From the IMG/VR virus record IMGVR_UViG_3300016667_000345, positions 1-34,541 of that record: DNA of 34,541 bases; one strand, given 5' to 3'. Positions 6,387 to 13,983 of this stretch are shown here, piece after piece. Both the position numbers and the translations under genes were made by a program. Origin of the DNA: a virus. Taxonomy: Duplodnaviria > Caudoviricetes. The notes beneath the pieces were generated by a model that did no database searches, had not been told where the DNA came from, and saw only the letters and a program-made list of their open reading frames with translations. How positions within the stretch are numbered: position 1 is the stretch's first letter; each line of letters begins with the position of its first letter.

Positions 6387-7204
6387 GAACCGCAGTCTCA
6401 CTATTTGCAGGTGTCGGTGGATTTGATTTAGCTCTATCGCGTGCAGGTGTAAAGGTCGTTGCAAGTGTTGAGATAGATAAGAAGGCTCAGGATGTGTTGC
6501 GCCGACACTTCCCTGAATCAACCATTTTTGGCGATGTTACGGGGGTTACAGGTGAGCAACTTATTCAAGCAGGATTCAATCCTAGAGGTGGAATCATCAC
6601 AGGGGGATTCCCTTGCCAAGATTTATCAGTTGCCGGTAAGCGAGCAGGATTGGCTGGAAAACGGAGTGGATTATTTTGGGAAATCTGCCGAATCCTTGAC
6701 GAAAGCGGATCGGAAACGATTATCCTCGAAAACGTGCCTGGTCTTCTTTCCTCAAATAACGGAAGAGATATGGCCGTTGTCATTGAAGCGTTGGTCAAAC
6801 GCGGGTATCGCGTGGGATGGCGGGTGCTTGATGCTCAATACTTCGGAGTTCCCCAACGAAGGCGTAGAGTGTTCATTGTCGGATGTCTTAGAGGTTCAGG
6901 GAGAACACCTGAAGAAATACTCAATATCCGCGAAAGCCGCGCAGGGTATCTTGAGGCGAGCAAATCGAAGGGGCAAGACTCTGCCCGAAAAGTTACAGGT
7001 AGCGCTTCAGACAGTAGCCGAGCAGGAAACTTTGAACTCTACGACTTCCCAACAGAATCAATAGCGCCAACTCTTAACTCGCAACGCGCAAGAGATACGA
7101 TGACTTATCGGATGCAATCTTTTGGGCAGTACGAAGAAGATGAGACTGCTTCAGCTTTGAAAGCAAGAGATTACAAAGATGCTACTGATCTCATCGTGGA
7201 CTAA
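6383..7204 (+). CDS. DNA (cytosine-5) methyltransferase, N-terminal part (motifs I-VIII and start of variable region)
   Basis: FAGVGG, GFPCQD, ENV, QRRRRVF; lacks motifs IX-X. Confidence 0.9.
   Translation: MRTAVSLFAGVGGFDLALSRAGVKVVASVEIDKKAQDVLRRHFPESTIFGDVTGVTGEQLIQAGFNPRGGIITGGFPCQDLSVAGKRAGLAGKRSGLFWEICRILDESGSETIILENVPGLLSSNNGRDMAVVIEALVKRGYRVGWRVLDAQYFGVPQRRRRVFIVGCLRGSGRTPEEILNIRESRAGYLEASKSKGQDSARKVTGSASDSSRAGNFELYDFPTESIAPTLNSQRARDTMTYRMQSFGQYEEDETASALKARDYKDATDLIVD
6492..7064 (+). CDS. Nested +1-frame ORF inside the C5 methyltransferase (beta-subunit-like); true start uncertain
   Basis: 190 open codons; CSLSDVLE...KYSISAKAAQGILRRA resembles alternative-frame methyltransferase partners such as M.EcoHK31I beta. 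Confidence 0.6.
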   Translation: MCCADTSLNQPFLAMLRGLQVSNLFKQDSILEVESSQGDSLAKIYQLPVSEQDWLENGVDYFGKSAESLTKADRKRLSSKTCLVFFPQITEEIWPLSLKRWSNAGIAWDGGCLMLNTSEFPNEGVECSLSDVLEVQGEHLKKYSISAKAAQGILRRANRRGKTLPEKLQVALQTVAEQETLNSTTSQQNQ

Positions 7205-7619
7205 GGCGCGGCGAGCGCAAAATGAGGAAGATTACGAAACTTGGATAGCGGGGGGGGTATCGCCAACTTTGAACGCATTTGATAATGCCACAGAGACAAG
7301 AGCAACAATTCTTATTATTGACGGCACCCGCGTAGGCGATGTGCGAGTGTATGAAGATGAAGTAATGCAAACAGTGATTCAACGATGGGGAACGGGCGGG
7401 GGGAATGTACCGATGATAAATAAAGATACATCTCAAACTGTACGCCGACTTACACCGACTGAGTGTGAGAGATTGCAAGGATTTCCCGATGGTTGGACTG
7501 CGGGGCAAGCCGATTCCAACCGCTATAAGCAGATGGGCAACGCGGTAGCGGTGCCGGTGGTAAGTTGGATTCTTAACAACCTGAACGGGGGAACGCAAAA
7601 TGGAACAAGTGCGAAGTGA
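7179..7619 (+). CDS. DNA (cytosine-5) methyltransferase, C-terminal part (variable region, motifs IX-X)
   Basis: RRLTPTECERLQGFP, YKQMGNAV; +1 frame relative to the N-terminal part. Confidence 0.85.
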   Translation: MLLISSWTKARRAQNEEDYETWIAGGVSPTLNAFDNATETRATILIIDGTRVGDVRVYEDEVMQTVIQRWGTGGGNVPMINKDTSQTVRRLTPTECERLQGFPDGWTAGQADSNRYKQMGNAVAVPVVSWILNNLNGGTQNGTSAK

Positions 7620-8361
7620 TTTCGTATTAGAAGGTAATAATCAGACATATAAATTGGGCAGTTACGATTGGCATTTGCCGATTGAGAATGTTCAGACTTG
7701 GATTGTTGATCCGCCCTATAACATAGGCTACAACTATAAATCTTCATTTAATGACAAAATGACACCCCAAGAATATTCTGATTTGCATTATGACTTCTTA
7801 GAGCTTGCTTATGACTCTGCAAATGACGGCAGTTCATTCTTCCTTATCAACTACCCTGAAATTATTGCTGAGTATTACCACACCATTCTTGACACAAGAT
7901 GGCAATTTCATCAATGGATGACTTGGGTTTATCCTTCCAATATTGGAGTAAGTAAGCATAAATTTACCCGCGCTTCAAGAACTGTATTATGGATGACCAA
8001 AGGAACCCCTAAAGTCAATATAAAGGCAGTCACTCAGCCTTACAAAAACCCAACAGATAAGCGCGTGCGTGAACTGATCGGGGGGGGGAGTCCTGGCACA
8101 AATCTTTACGATTGGCAGGAAATCAATCTTTGCAAGAATGTGAGCAAAGACAAACAAGATTACGTCAATCAAATTCCTTCGGAATTATTGAGAAGGTTAA
8201 TTTTGACTACCTCAGATGAGAATGAATTAGTGGCAGATTTGATGTGTGGGTCAGGTAGCACTGTAAGCACTGCAGCATCACTTGGCCGTAAAGGTTGGGG
8301 TTGCGATATAAATGAAAACCTAATACCAATATGGCAGAAAAGAATTGCCGATGGCGAATGA
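7600..8361 (+). CDS. N6-adenine/N4-cytosine DNA methyltransferase, beta class
   Basis: DPPY precedes DLMCGSGST SAM-binding motif. Confidence 0.85.
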   Translation: MEQVRSDFVLEGNNQTYKLGSYDWHLPIENVQTWIVDPPYNIGYNYKSSFNDKMTPQEYSDLHYDFLELAYDSANDGSSFFLINYPEIIAEYYHTILDTRWQFHQWMTWVYPSNIGVSKHKFTRASRTVLWMTKGTPKVNIKAVTQPYKNPTDKRVRELIGGGSPGTNLYDWQEINLCKNVSKDKQDYVNQIPSELLRRLILTTSDENELVADLMCGSGSTVSTAASLGRKGWGCDINENLIPIWQKRIADGE

Positions 8362-8506
8362 AAGGCACACCCCACGCGGGGCGATAACGTACGCGCTTTG
8401 GACTCGGTATCAGATGGAGTTGCCTGAATCGCCTTGGCGTATGGCTGGGTTCATTATTGAGCAGTTAATTGAAGAGGGATATATCAAAGGGGAGCAGAAT
8501 GAGTGA
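8351..8506 (+). CDS. Hypothetical protein (51 aa)
   Basis: Hand translation MANERHTPRG...KGEQNE*; exactly fills the gap with overlaps. Confidence 0.6.
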   Translation: MANERHTPRGAITYALWTRYQMELPESPWRMAGFIIEQLIEEGYIKGEQNE

Positions 8507-10619
8507 ACTATTAACAACGGCGCTGCGATTTGCTAATGCAGGGATTGTCTGCGTGCCGGTTTCCACCGATGGTTCAAAGCGCCCAGGATTATCTTCTTGG
8601 AAGCAATACCAAGAGGTTCAACCTACCCCCGAAGAGATTTTGAGCTGGTTTTCTACCGAGCAACAGGGAATCGGAGTCATCACTGGCAAGATTTCAGGCA
8701 ACCTAGAGATGCTCGAATTAGAAGGAAGAGCAGTTGCCGAGAAGATGCACCTTGAAATTGCCGAGGTCTGTAACGGATCAGGTTTGGGTGAGTTATGGGA
8801 GCGCTTGAATTCTTCCTATGTCGAGGCAACACCTTCAGGTGGTATCCATTGGCTTTACAAGGTAGATGGTGAGATTCAAGGCAACACTAAGCTCGCTCGC
8901 AGACCTGGTGAAAATGGCGGTGTAGATGTATTGGCCGAGACAAGAAGCGAAGGTGGATTCTGTATCACCGCACCTTCAGGCGGCTTTTGCCATCCTTCAG
9001 GGGGTGCGTGGCAGATGCTTCGCGGTTCGATTGAGACGATTACCACGCTCTCACTCGCAGAGCGCGATGCCCTGCACGATGTATTCCGTATGTTTGATGC
9101 AATGCCTAAGCCTGAAAGCGTGGCAAGTGAAGTCTCCACTCCACGCGTTTCAGGTGAAATGACTGTAGGCGATGACTATAACGCCCGAACCACTTGGGAT
9201 GAGATTTTGCTACCGCTAGGGTGGAAGAAGGCTTACACGCAGGGTGAGAAAACAGCGTGGATTCGCCCAGGTAAGGATTTCGGTATCTCAGCCACCACCA
9301 ACTATCAAGGAAACGATAAGTTGATGGTCTTTTCAACCTCAACTGCCTTTGATGCAGAGAGGTCTTATGACAAGTTCGGTGCCATCACCCACCTGAAGTT
9401 CGGTGGGGATTTTAAGCAAGCAGCCAACGAGTTAAGAAAGCAAGGTTACGGGCCGAGTGGATTGAACTATTTTGATGACCTTATTGGCAAGATGCAGGAA
9501 TCTTATGACCGACTTAACCTTAGCGAAGAGCAGGTTGCCGAGATTGCTGAAGCATCGAGCTGGAAGCCGATTGCACTATCTGATTACTACGATGGACTCT
9601 TTCACGAAGTCAAAGCCAACATCCTCACCCGCACCGATGGCAAGAGTCTTATCTACGCCGGCAAGGTTCACTCCATTTATGGTGAGAGCGAGTCGGGTAA
9701 ATCGTGGGTTGCCCAAATTGCTACAGCTGAAATGCTTAGGGCTGACAAAAAGGTAATCTACATTGACTTTGAATCAGACCCGCAGGATATTGTAAAGCGC
9801 CTTAAAAGCCTTGGAGTGAGCAGAGCCAACCTCTTGCAATACTTCACTTATATTCGCCCTGAATCGGCTCGTTCGCCTTCCGATCCCTACTGGGAAGCAA
9901 TCCTAGAACCTGAATCAGCTCATCTCGTTATCATTGATGGTGTCACGGAATCCCTAACTATGTGGGGCGGTGAGACTGTAGATAATGATTCCATCACCAA
10001 ATGGATGCGCCAGTTCCCACGCACAGTTGCCAATCGTTCAGGTGCTGCCGTAGTTCTCATTGACCACATCACCAAGAATTCCGAAACGCGGGGGCGCTTT
10101 GCCATCGGTGGGCAAGCGAAGTTGGCAACGATTGATGGTGCTGCCTATATCGTGGAGCCAATCGAGGTGCTATCGCCTGGGCGGGTCGGGAGCCTGACTA
10201 TCCGTGTTACGAAAGACCGCATCGGAGATGTTCGAGCAAGTGCCGGAATGTGGCGCAAATCGGATCGTACGCAAGAGGCGGCAGTTCTGACCATTGACTC
10301 AACCCAGCCCCAAATGCAGTACGTCATTGGAGCGCCGACAAGTGAGGATGAACTTAACGAACGCACTGAGTTTAAGAAGTTATCTGAGATGGCAGAGTTC
10401 ATTCATACCAACGCAGGATGTTCGCGCCGTGAGCTAAATGAAGGTGTCCGAGGTGACAAGGGGCTGATTGGAGAGCGCCTTGAGACCTTAATTGCTCGCG
10501 GATTTGTCGAGAATCGGGGCAGTGGAAGCAAGTCAAACCTGTGGATAACTTCGGCTGGGATGGACAATTTCAACCTTGTGGAAGCCAAAATTTCTTACAT
10601 TGGTGGGGCAGGTGAATAG
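8499..10619 (+). CDS. Bifunctional primase-polymerase fused to RecA/AAA-type helicase
   Basis: K.P...WK.YQ, TPSGGIH (PrimPol); Walker A GESESGKS, YIDFE, Walker B IIDG; C-terminal wHTH-like region. Confidence 0.9.
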   Translation: MSELLTTALRFANAGIVCVPVSTDGSKRPGLSSWKQYQEVQPTPEEILSWFSTEQQGIGVITGKISGNLEMLELEGRAVAEKMHLEIAEVCNGSGLGELWERLNSSYVEATPSGGIHWLYKVDGEIQGNTKLARRPGENGGVDVLAETRSEGGFCITAPSGGFCHPSGGAWQMLRGSIETITTLSLAERDALHDVFRMFDAMPKPESVASEVSTPRVSGEMTVGDDYNARTTWDEILLPLGWKKAYTQGEKTAWIRPGKDFGISATTNYQGNDKLMVFSTSTAFDAERSYDKFGAITHLKFGGDFKQAANELRKQGYGPSGLNYFDDLIGKMQESYDRLNLSEEQVAEIAEASSWKPIALSDYYDGLFHEVKANILTRTDGKSLIYAGKVHSIYGESESGKSWVAQIATAEMLRADKKVIYIDFESDPQDIVKRLKSLGVSRANLLQYFTYIRPESARSPSDPYWEAILEPESAHLVIIDGVTESLTMWGGETVDNDSITKWMRQFPRTVANRSGAAVVLIDHITKNSETRGRFAIGGQAKLATIDGAAYIVEPIEVLSPGRVGSLTIRVTKDRIGDVRASAGMWRKSDRTQEAAVLTIDSTQPQMQYVIGAPTSEDELNERTEFKKLSEMAEFIHTNAGCSRRELNEGVRGDKGLIGERLETLIARGFVENRGSGSKSNLWITSAGMDNFNLVEAKISYIGGAGE

Positions 10620-10620
10620 C

Positions 10621-10725
10621 GTGCCGTGTGCCGAAGTGTGCCGTTTTGCATCGGCACGCACACCGGATATTGAGCGTGGGAGTGTGCGTGCCGTTTCTAC
10701 TTTCTATAGAAACGGCACACGGCAC
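10621..10725. repeat. GTGCCG direct/inverted repeat cluster, putative replication origin
   Basis: GTGCCG at 10621, 10628, 10638, 10688; CGGCAC at 10652, 10713, 10720; two 12-bp inverted repeats. Confidence 0.7.
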
Positions 10726-10775
10726 ACCCCACATCACCGCCTTGCACGTACTAAGAATGGGATTGGGAGCGAGGG

Positions 10776-11120
10776 ATGAGAACTTCAGAAAACTTCCAAC
10801 CTGCAACGTGCAGACCCTGTGGAAAACTTTATTGGATTGGGTACTCATCGGCAGGATTCCTCACCCGACTTGATGTGCAACCTTTGGATGTAAGAGAAGA
10901 GTTAATTGCAAAACTCACCGGAAGGCGTACCTACCAAATCCACCCAACTGGCGTATCCTTTGAGGCAACTCCGAGAATCGGCATCATTGCGAAAAACGCC
11001 CTAGTTCTCGCCACACATAACTGCGACCCATCCGAGTTCGCTTTTGGCGAGGTCGAACCGCCTGATTACTTCAATCGAAATAACCGAAAAAAATCCGAGA
11101 CCGAGGGAGTGCCGTTCTAG
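10776..11120 (+). CDS. Hypothetical protein with CxxC...HxC
   Basis: ORF track; GGGAG upstream; TAGTG coupling downstream. Confidence 0.75.
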   Translation: MRTSENFQPATCRPCGKLYWIGYSSAGFLTRLDVQPLDVREELIAKLTGRRTYQIHPTGVSFEATPRIGIIAKNALVLATHNCDPSEFAFGEVEPPDYFNRNNRKKSETEGVPF

Positions 11121-11875
11121 TGACCTGCTCAATCTGCCAAAAGCCAACCAAGAATGAGGGTGCGTGTTGGAGTTGCCGCCTGAAGTTGCAGAGCCACCTG
11201 ATTGAGCTACCTGAGTTGCAATATGAGGCTGGCAAGTTCATCACCCCATCGCGTACAGGATCAGGGGCAGTCTCTACAGAGCGCTCGATAGGGGTCAATG
11301 TGAACGCCTTAGATTTTTCTATGGCTACCGAACTCTTGAGCATCCTGCACTCTTGGGAAGCGATGGTGCGTGAGGCTAGGAACCTCACACCACCGGCGCT
11401 CTTGAAGAAGGAACCGACAACCGATGCAGAGGTTCAGGCAACCTGCGATTTCCACTTGGCGCACCTTGATTGGATTATCATCCAGGATTGGGCATCCGAC
11501 TTTGCGGGTGAGGTCGCAGAGCTACACGCCAAAGGAATGGCTGCTGCCAAGCGATTCACGGAGCAACCAAGACGGATTCCGTGTCCTACAGATGATTGCA
11601 AGAAGTTCGTGGTGATTGACGTTATCAAGGTGAAAGAGAATGGGCTAGGCGATGAGGTTACTTGCTTTGGGTGCAAGCAATCGTGGTCACTGATCCGTTT
11701 GGTGACACTGGCAATGAGTAATCCAACCCGTAAGTTTTTCCTAGATGTTGAGGCGATTGCATTGTGGCTAGGGATAAAGCCAAGGCAGGTCTATTCGATT
11801 ATCAAAGAGAACGGCATCCAAAAGCAGAGTGGAAATCTTTACAGTTTGGGCGATGTCATCAACGCTAGAAATTAG
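11120..11875 (+). CDS. Zinc-finger plus C-terminal HTH protein, putative late-gene regulator
   Basis: Four Cys pairs; EAIALWLGIKPRQVYSII HTH-like; last gene before the packaging module. Confidence 0.65.
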   Translation: MTCSICQKPTKNEGACWSCRLKLQSHLIELPELQYEAGKFITPSRTGSGAVSTERSIGVNVNALDFSMATELLSILHSWEAMVREARNLTPPALLKKEPTTDAEVQATCDFHLAHLDWIIIQDWASDFAGEVAELHAKGMAAAKRFTEQPRRIPCPTDDCKKFVVIDVIKVKENGLGDEVTCFGCKQSWSLIRLVTLAMSNPTRKFFLDVEAIALWLGIKPRQVYSIIKENGIQKQSGNLYSLGDVINARN

Positions 11876-11903
11876 GACAAACTGCACTCTCGCGTGATAC
11901 ACT
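11874..11903 (+). promoter_or_regulatory. Putative late promoter
   Basis: AGGACA-18 nt-TACACT with extended -10 TG. Confidence 0.45.
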
Positions 11904-11938
11904 TCCGTTATCAGGTATTGCTATCCCTAAAGGGATTC

Positions 11939-11971
11939 AACCCACCAACTCATTGAGTCGGTGGGTTTTTT
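11939..11971 (+). terminator. Intrinsic terminator
   Basis: AACCCACC-A-ACTC-att-GAGT-C-GGTGGG then T6. Confidence 0.8.
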
Positions 11972-11989
11972 CATTGAACTAGAAAAAGG

Positions 11990-12139
11990 ATGCCAAGCGA
12001 TAAGGAAACGATTGCTGAGATAGATGAAGCGTTGATGCACGCCATCTTTGCACGCCAGCAATCAATAGATAGCAAGAAGCATCTAGTGGATAAGTTCATA
12101 GATGACCTACTCGATAGCAGACTGGAGCTGAGCAGATGA
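11990..12139 (+). CDS. Hypothetical protein (49 aa)
   Basis: Hand translation MPSDKETIAEIDEAL...LELSR*; ATGA coupling downstream. Confidence 0.6.
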   Translation: MPSDKETIAEIDEALMHAIFARQQSIDSKKHLVDKFIDDLLDSRLELSR

Positions 12140-12324
12140 TTCAGATTACAGTTGCAATCGGTGATGTCTGCACTGACATCGTAACGGATCAATCTCTTTC
12201 CTTTGATGGCATTGAGACTTTACTTAATCGCGCAACTAACGCAACACTGATTGCGTATAACTCTTATGTAGTTGCAAATGAAGATTATGAAGCACTAACT
12301 GAAATCGCTGAGGATGACAAGTAA
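12136..12324 (+). CDS. Hypothetical protein
   Basis: ORF track; GGAG upstream. Confidence 0.7.
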   Translation: MIQITVAIGDVCTDIVTDQSLSFDGIETLLNRATNATLIAYNSYVVANEDYEALTEIAEDDK

Positions 12325-12688
12325 GCGAATCTGTTACAAGTGCAAAAATGAAAAAGATATAAATGAATTCAATCGCTCGCAGTTCAGTAAAATCGGGCAT
12401 CGTGGTATTTGCCGCGATTGTCGTAACACCCATCGCGCTATCATTCGCAGTGCTGAAAAGAATCGTGATGATTTATACGAAAAGCAAAAAGGTTGTTGCG
12501 CAATATGTGGCAAGAGCGAGAAGGATAACGGGCAACGATTAGCGATTGACCACAATCACGCAACACATCAAGTGCGTGCGTTGTTATGTCGTAACTGCAA
12601 CACTGGTCTCGGTGCGTTTAAGGATGATGAGCATTTACTGAGTGAAGCAATCAAATACTTAAAGAGGTTTTCAAATGGCAATGCCTAG
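12314..12688 (+). CDS. Endonuclease VII family (His-Me finger) nuclease
   Basis: CAICG...LAIDHNH...VRALLCRNCNTGLG.FKD. Confidence 0.9.
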   Translation: MTSKRICYKCKNEKDINEFNRSQFSKIGHRGICRDCRNTHRAIIRSAEKNRDDLYEKQKGCCAICGKSEKDNGQRLAIDHNHATHQVRALLCRNCNTGLGAFKDDEHLLSEAIKYLKRFSNGNA

Positions 12689-12971
12689 ACCTTGTGTTGA
12701 TTGTGGCATTGTTGTTAGGGCAACACGTTGCATTGAGTGTGCTAGAAAAAAGGAACGCACAAGAGTTAGACGTGAGCAACGTGGTTACGATTCAGCTTGG
12801 CGTGCATTGTCTAAAGCGATGCGTGCTGCTCAGCCTTGGTGCAGTAAATGTCGAAGCACCCGCGATTTAACTTTAGATCACATTATTCCGCTATCGCGAG
12901 GTGGCACGAACGATGCCGCCAATGCACAAGTGCTTTGCCGCAGATGCAATTCTGAGAAGGCGAGCAAGTGA
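12675..12971 (+). CDS. HNH endonuclease, terminase-associated type
   Basis: RGYD..W, CxxC, DHIIPLSRGG, N.Q.LC..CN..K; upstream of terminase. Confidence 0.9.
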   Translation: MAMPRPCVDCGIVVRATRCIECARKKERTRVRREQRGYDSAWRALSKAMRAAQPWCSKCRSTRDLTLDHIIPLSRGGTNDAANAQVLCRRCNSEKASK

Positions 12972-13102
12972 CTTTCGCTTATACCACGCAAGACCCCCCA
13001 CCGGTGCAAGCGAATACGGGTCAAAAGTTGCGCACGCATAGCGGGTATCTACCCCGCATCCCAGCAAACGCACATAGTCGCGAAATTTGTGGTTCGGGTT
13101 AA
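12972..13102. other. Probable cos/packaging-site region
   Basis: Noncoding gap after the HNH gene and before terS, the usual cos position in HK97-like phages; cut site not determinable. Confidence 0.45.
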
Positions 13103-13501
13103 ATGTCCGAATTACGCTTATTTGAATTTTTGCGCTTGAATTTTTTGCCTGACCTTGAAATGTCGAGCAATCAATTTGAGCGTTTCGATTGCACATCGCA
13201 ATCGGCTAGGTTGCACGTTGAACTTAAATGCAGACGATCCCATTACGACACACTCTTAATTGAGAAAAAGAAATTTGATGCTCTCATCGTCCGTTCAAAG
13301 CAACTTCAGTTTTCTCCCTGCTACATCAACTCAACACCGCAGGGAATCTTTGGGTTTGATTTAAGCAAGATTGAACCAACTTGGCAGACCGAGTTATTGC
13401 CAGCGACTACAGACTTTGCAAACAACGACAAGATAGAAAAGGTGGTTGGTTTTCTATCAGTTGCTGATTCAGTTCATCTATCGGGGGCGATGGATTTTTA
13501 G
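13103..13501 (+). CDS. Putative PD-(D/E)XK nuclease
   Basis: RFDC...HVELKCR. Confidence 0.6.
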   Translation: MSELRLFEFLRLNFLPDLEMSSNQFERFDCTSQSARLHVELKCRRSHYDTLLIEKKKFDALIVRSKQLQFSPCYINSTPQGIFGFDLSKIEPTWQTELLPATTDFANNDKIEKVVGFLSVADSVHLSGAMDF

Positions 13502-13515
13502 CGATTGGAAAAACA

Positions 13516-13971
13516 ATGACGGCTGGCAGACCACCAAAGCCAAATGAATTAAAACGCGCACTTGGAAACCCAGGTAAAAGACCATTGCCTGAGCTGGCAG
13601 TTGTTCACTCGCTCGCACCGGCGCTATCAACGCCTGAACCCCCAGCCGATTTAGGCAAAGCGGGAATCAGACTTTGGGAGCGTGCGTGGGATGCGGCTAT
13701 TGCTTGGCTCTCACCGCAATCGGATCGAGAAGCCATTGAGAACGCTGCTCGCCTTGCCGATGTGGTTGAGTTAGCTCGTAGCAAATATCTCGCCACACAC
13801 GAAGCCGCCGATGCGCGTGCCTTCGTTGCAGTGAACAAAGCATTTACCGATGCACTTTCATCACTCGGCTTTGACCCAACTTCAAGAAGCAAGTTAGGCG
13901 TTGCAGAGATTAAGGCAGTTTCAGCGTTAGACAAACTCGTTGCAAAGCGAGAGGCAAGAGCCAACAAATAA
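13516..13971 (+). CDS. terS: Terminase small subunit (P27-like)
   Basis: GRPPKP..LK...GNPGKR, PP..L, LGFDPTSRSKL. Confidence 0.9.
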   Translation: MTAGRPPKPNELKRALGNPGKRPLPELAVVHSLAPALSTPEPPADLGKAGIRLWERAWDAAIAWLSPQSDREAIENAARLADVVELARSKYLATHEAADARAFVAVNKAFTDALSSLGFDPTSRSKLGVAEIKAVSALDKLVAKREARANK

Positions 13972-13983
13972 TCGGGGGATTAT

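Noticed and set aside
7202-7204. Stop-codon readthrough or alternative genetic code explaining the split methyltransferase
   Set aside because: The continuation is in another frame, and TAA, TAG and TGA all end genes normally elsewhere
10570-10873. Several short ORFs over the GTGCCG cluster
   Set aside because: Low-complexity translations of repeats, no RBS; better explained as a cis element
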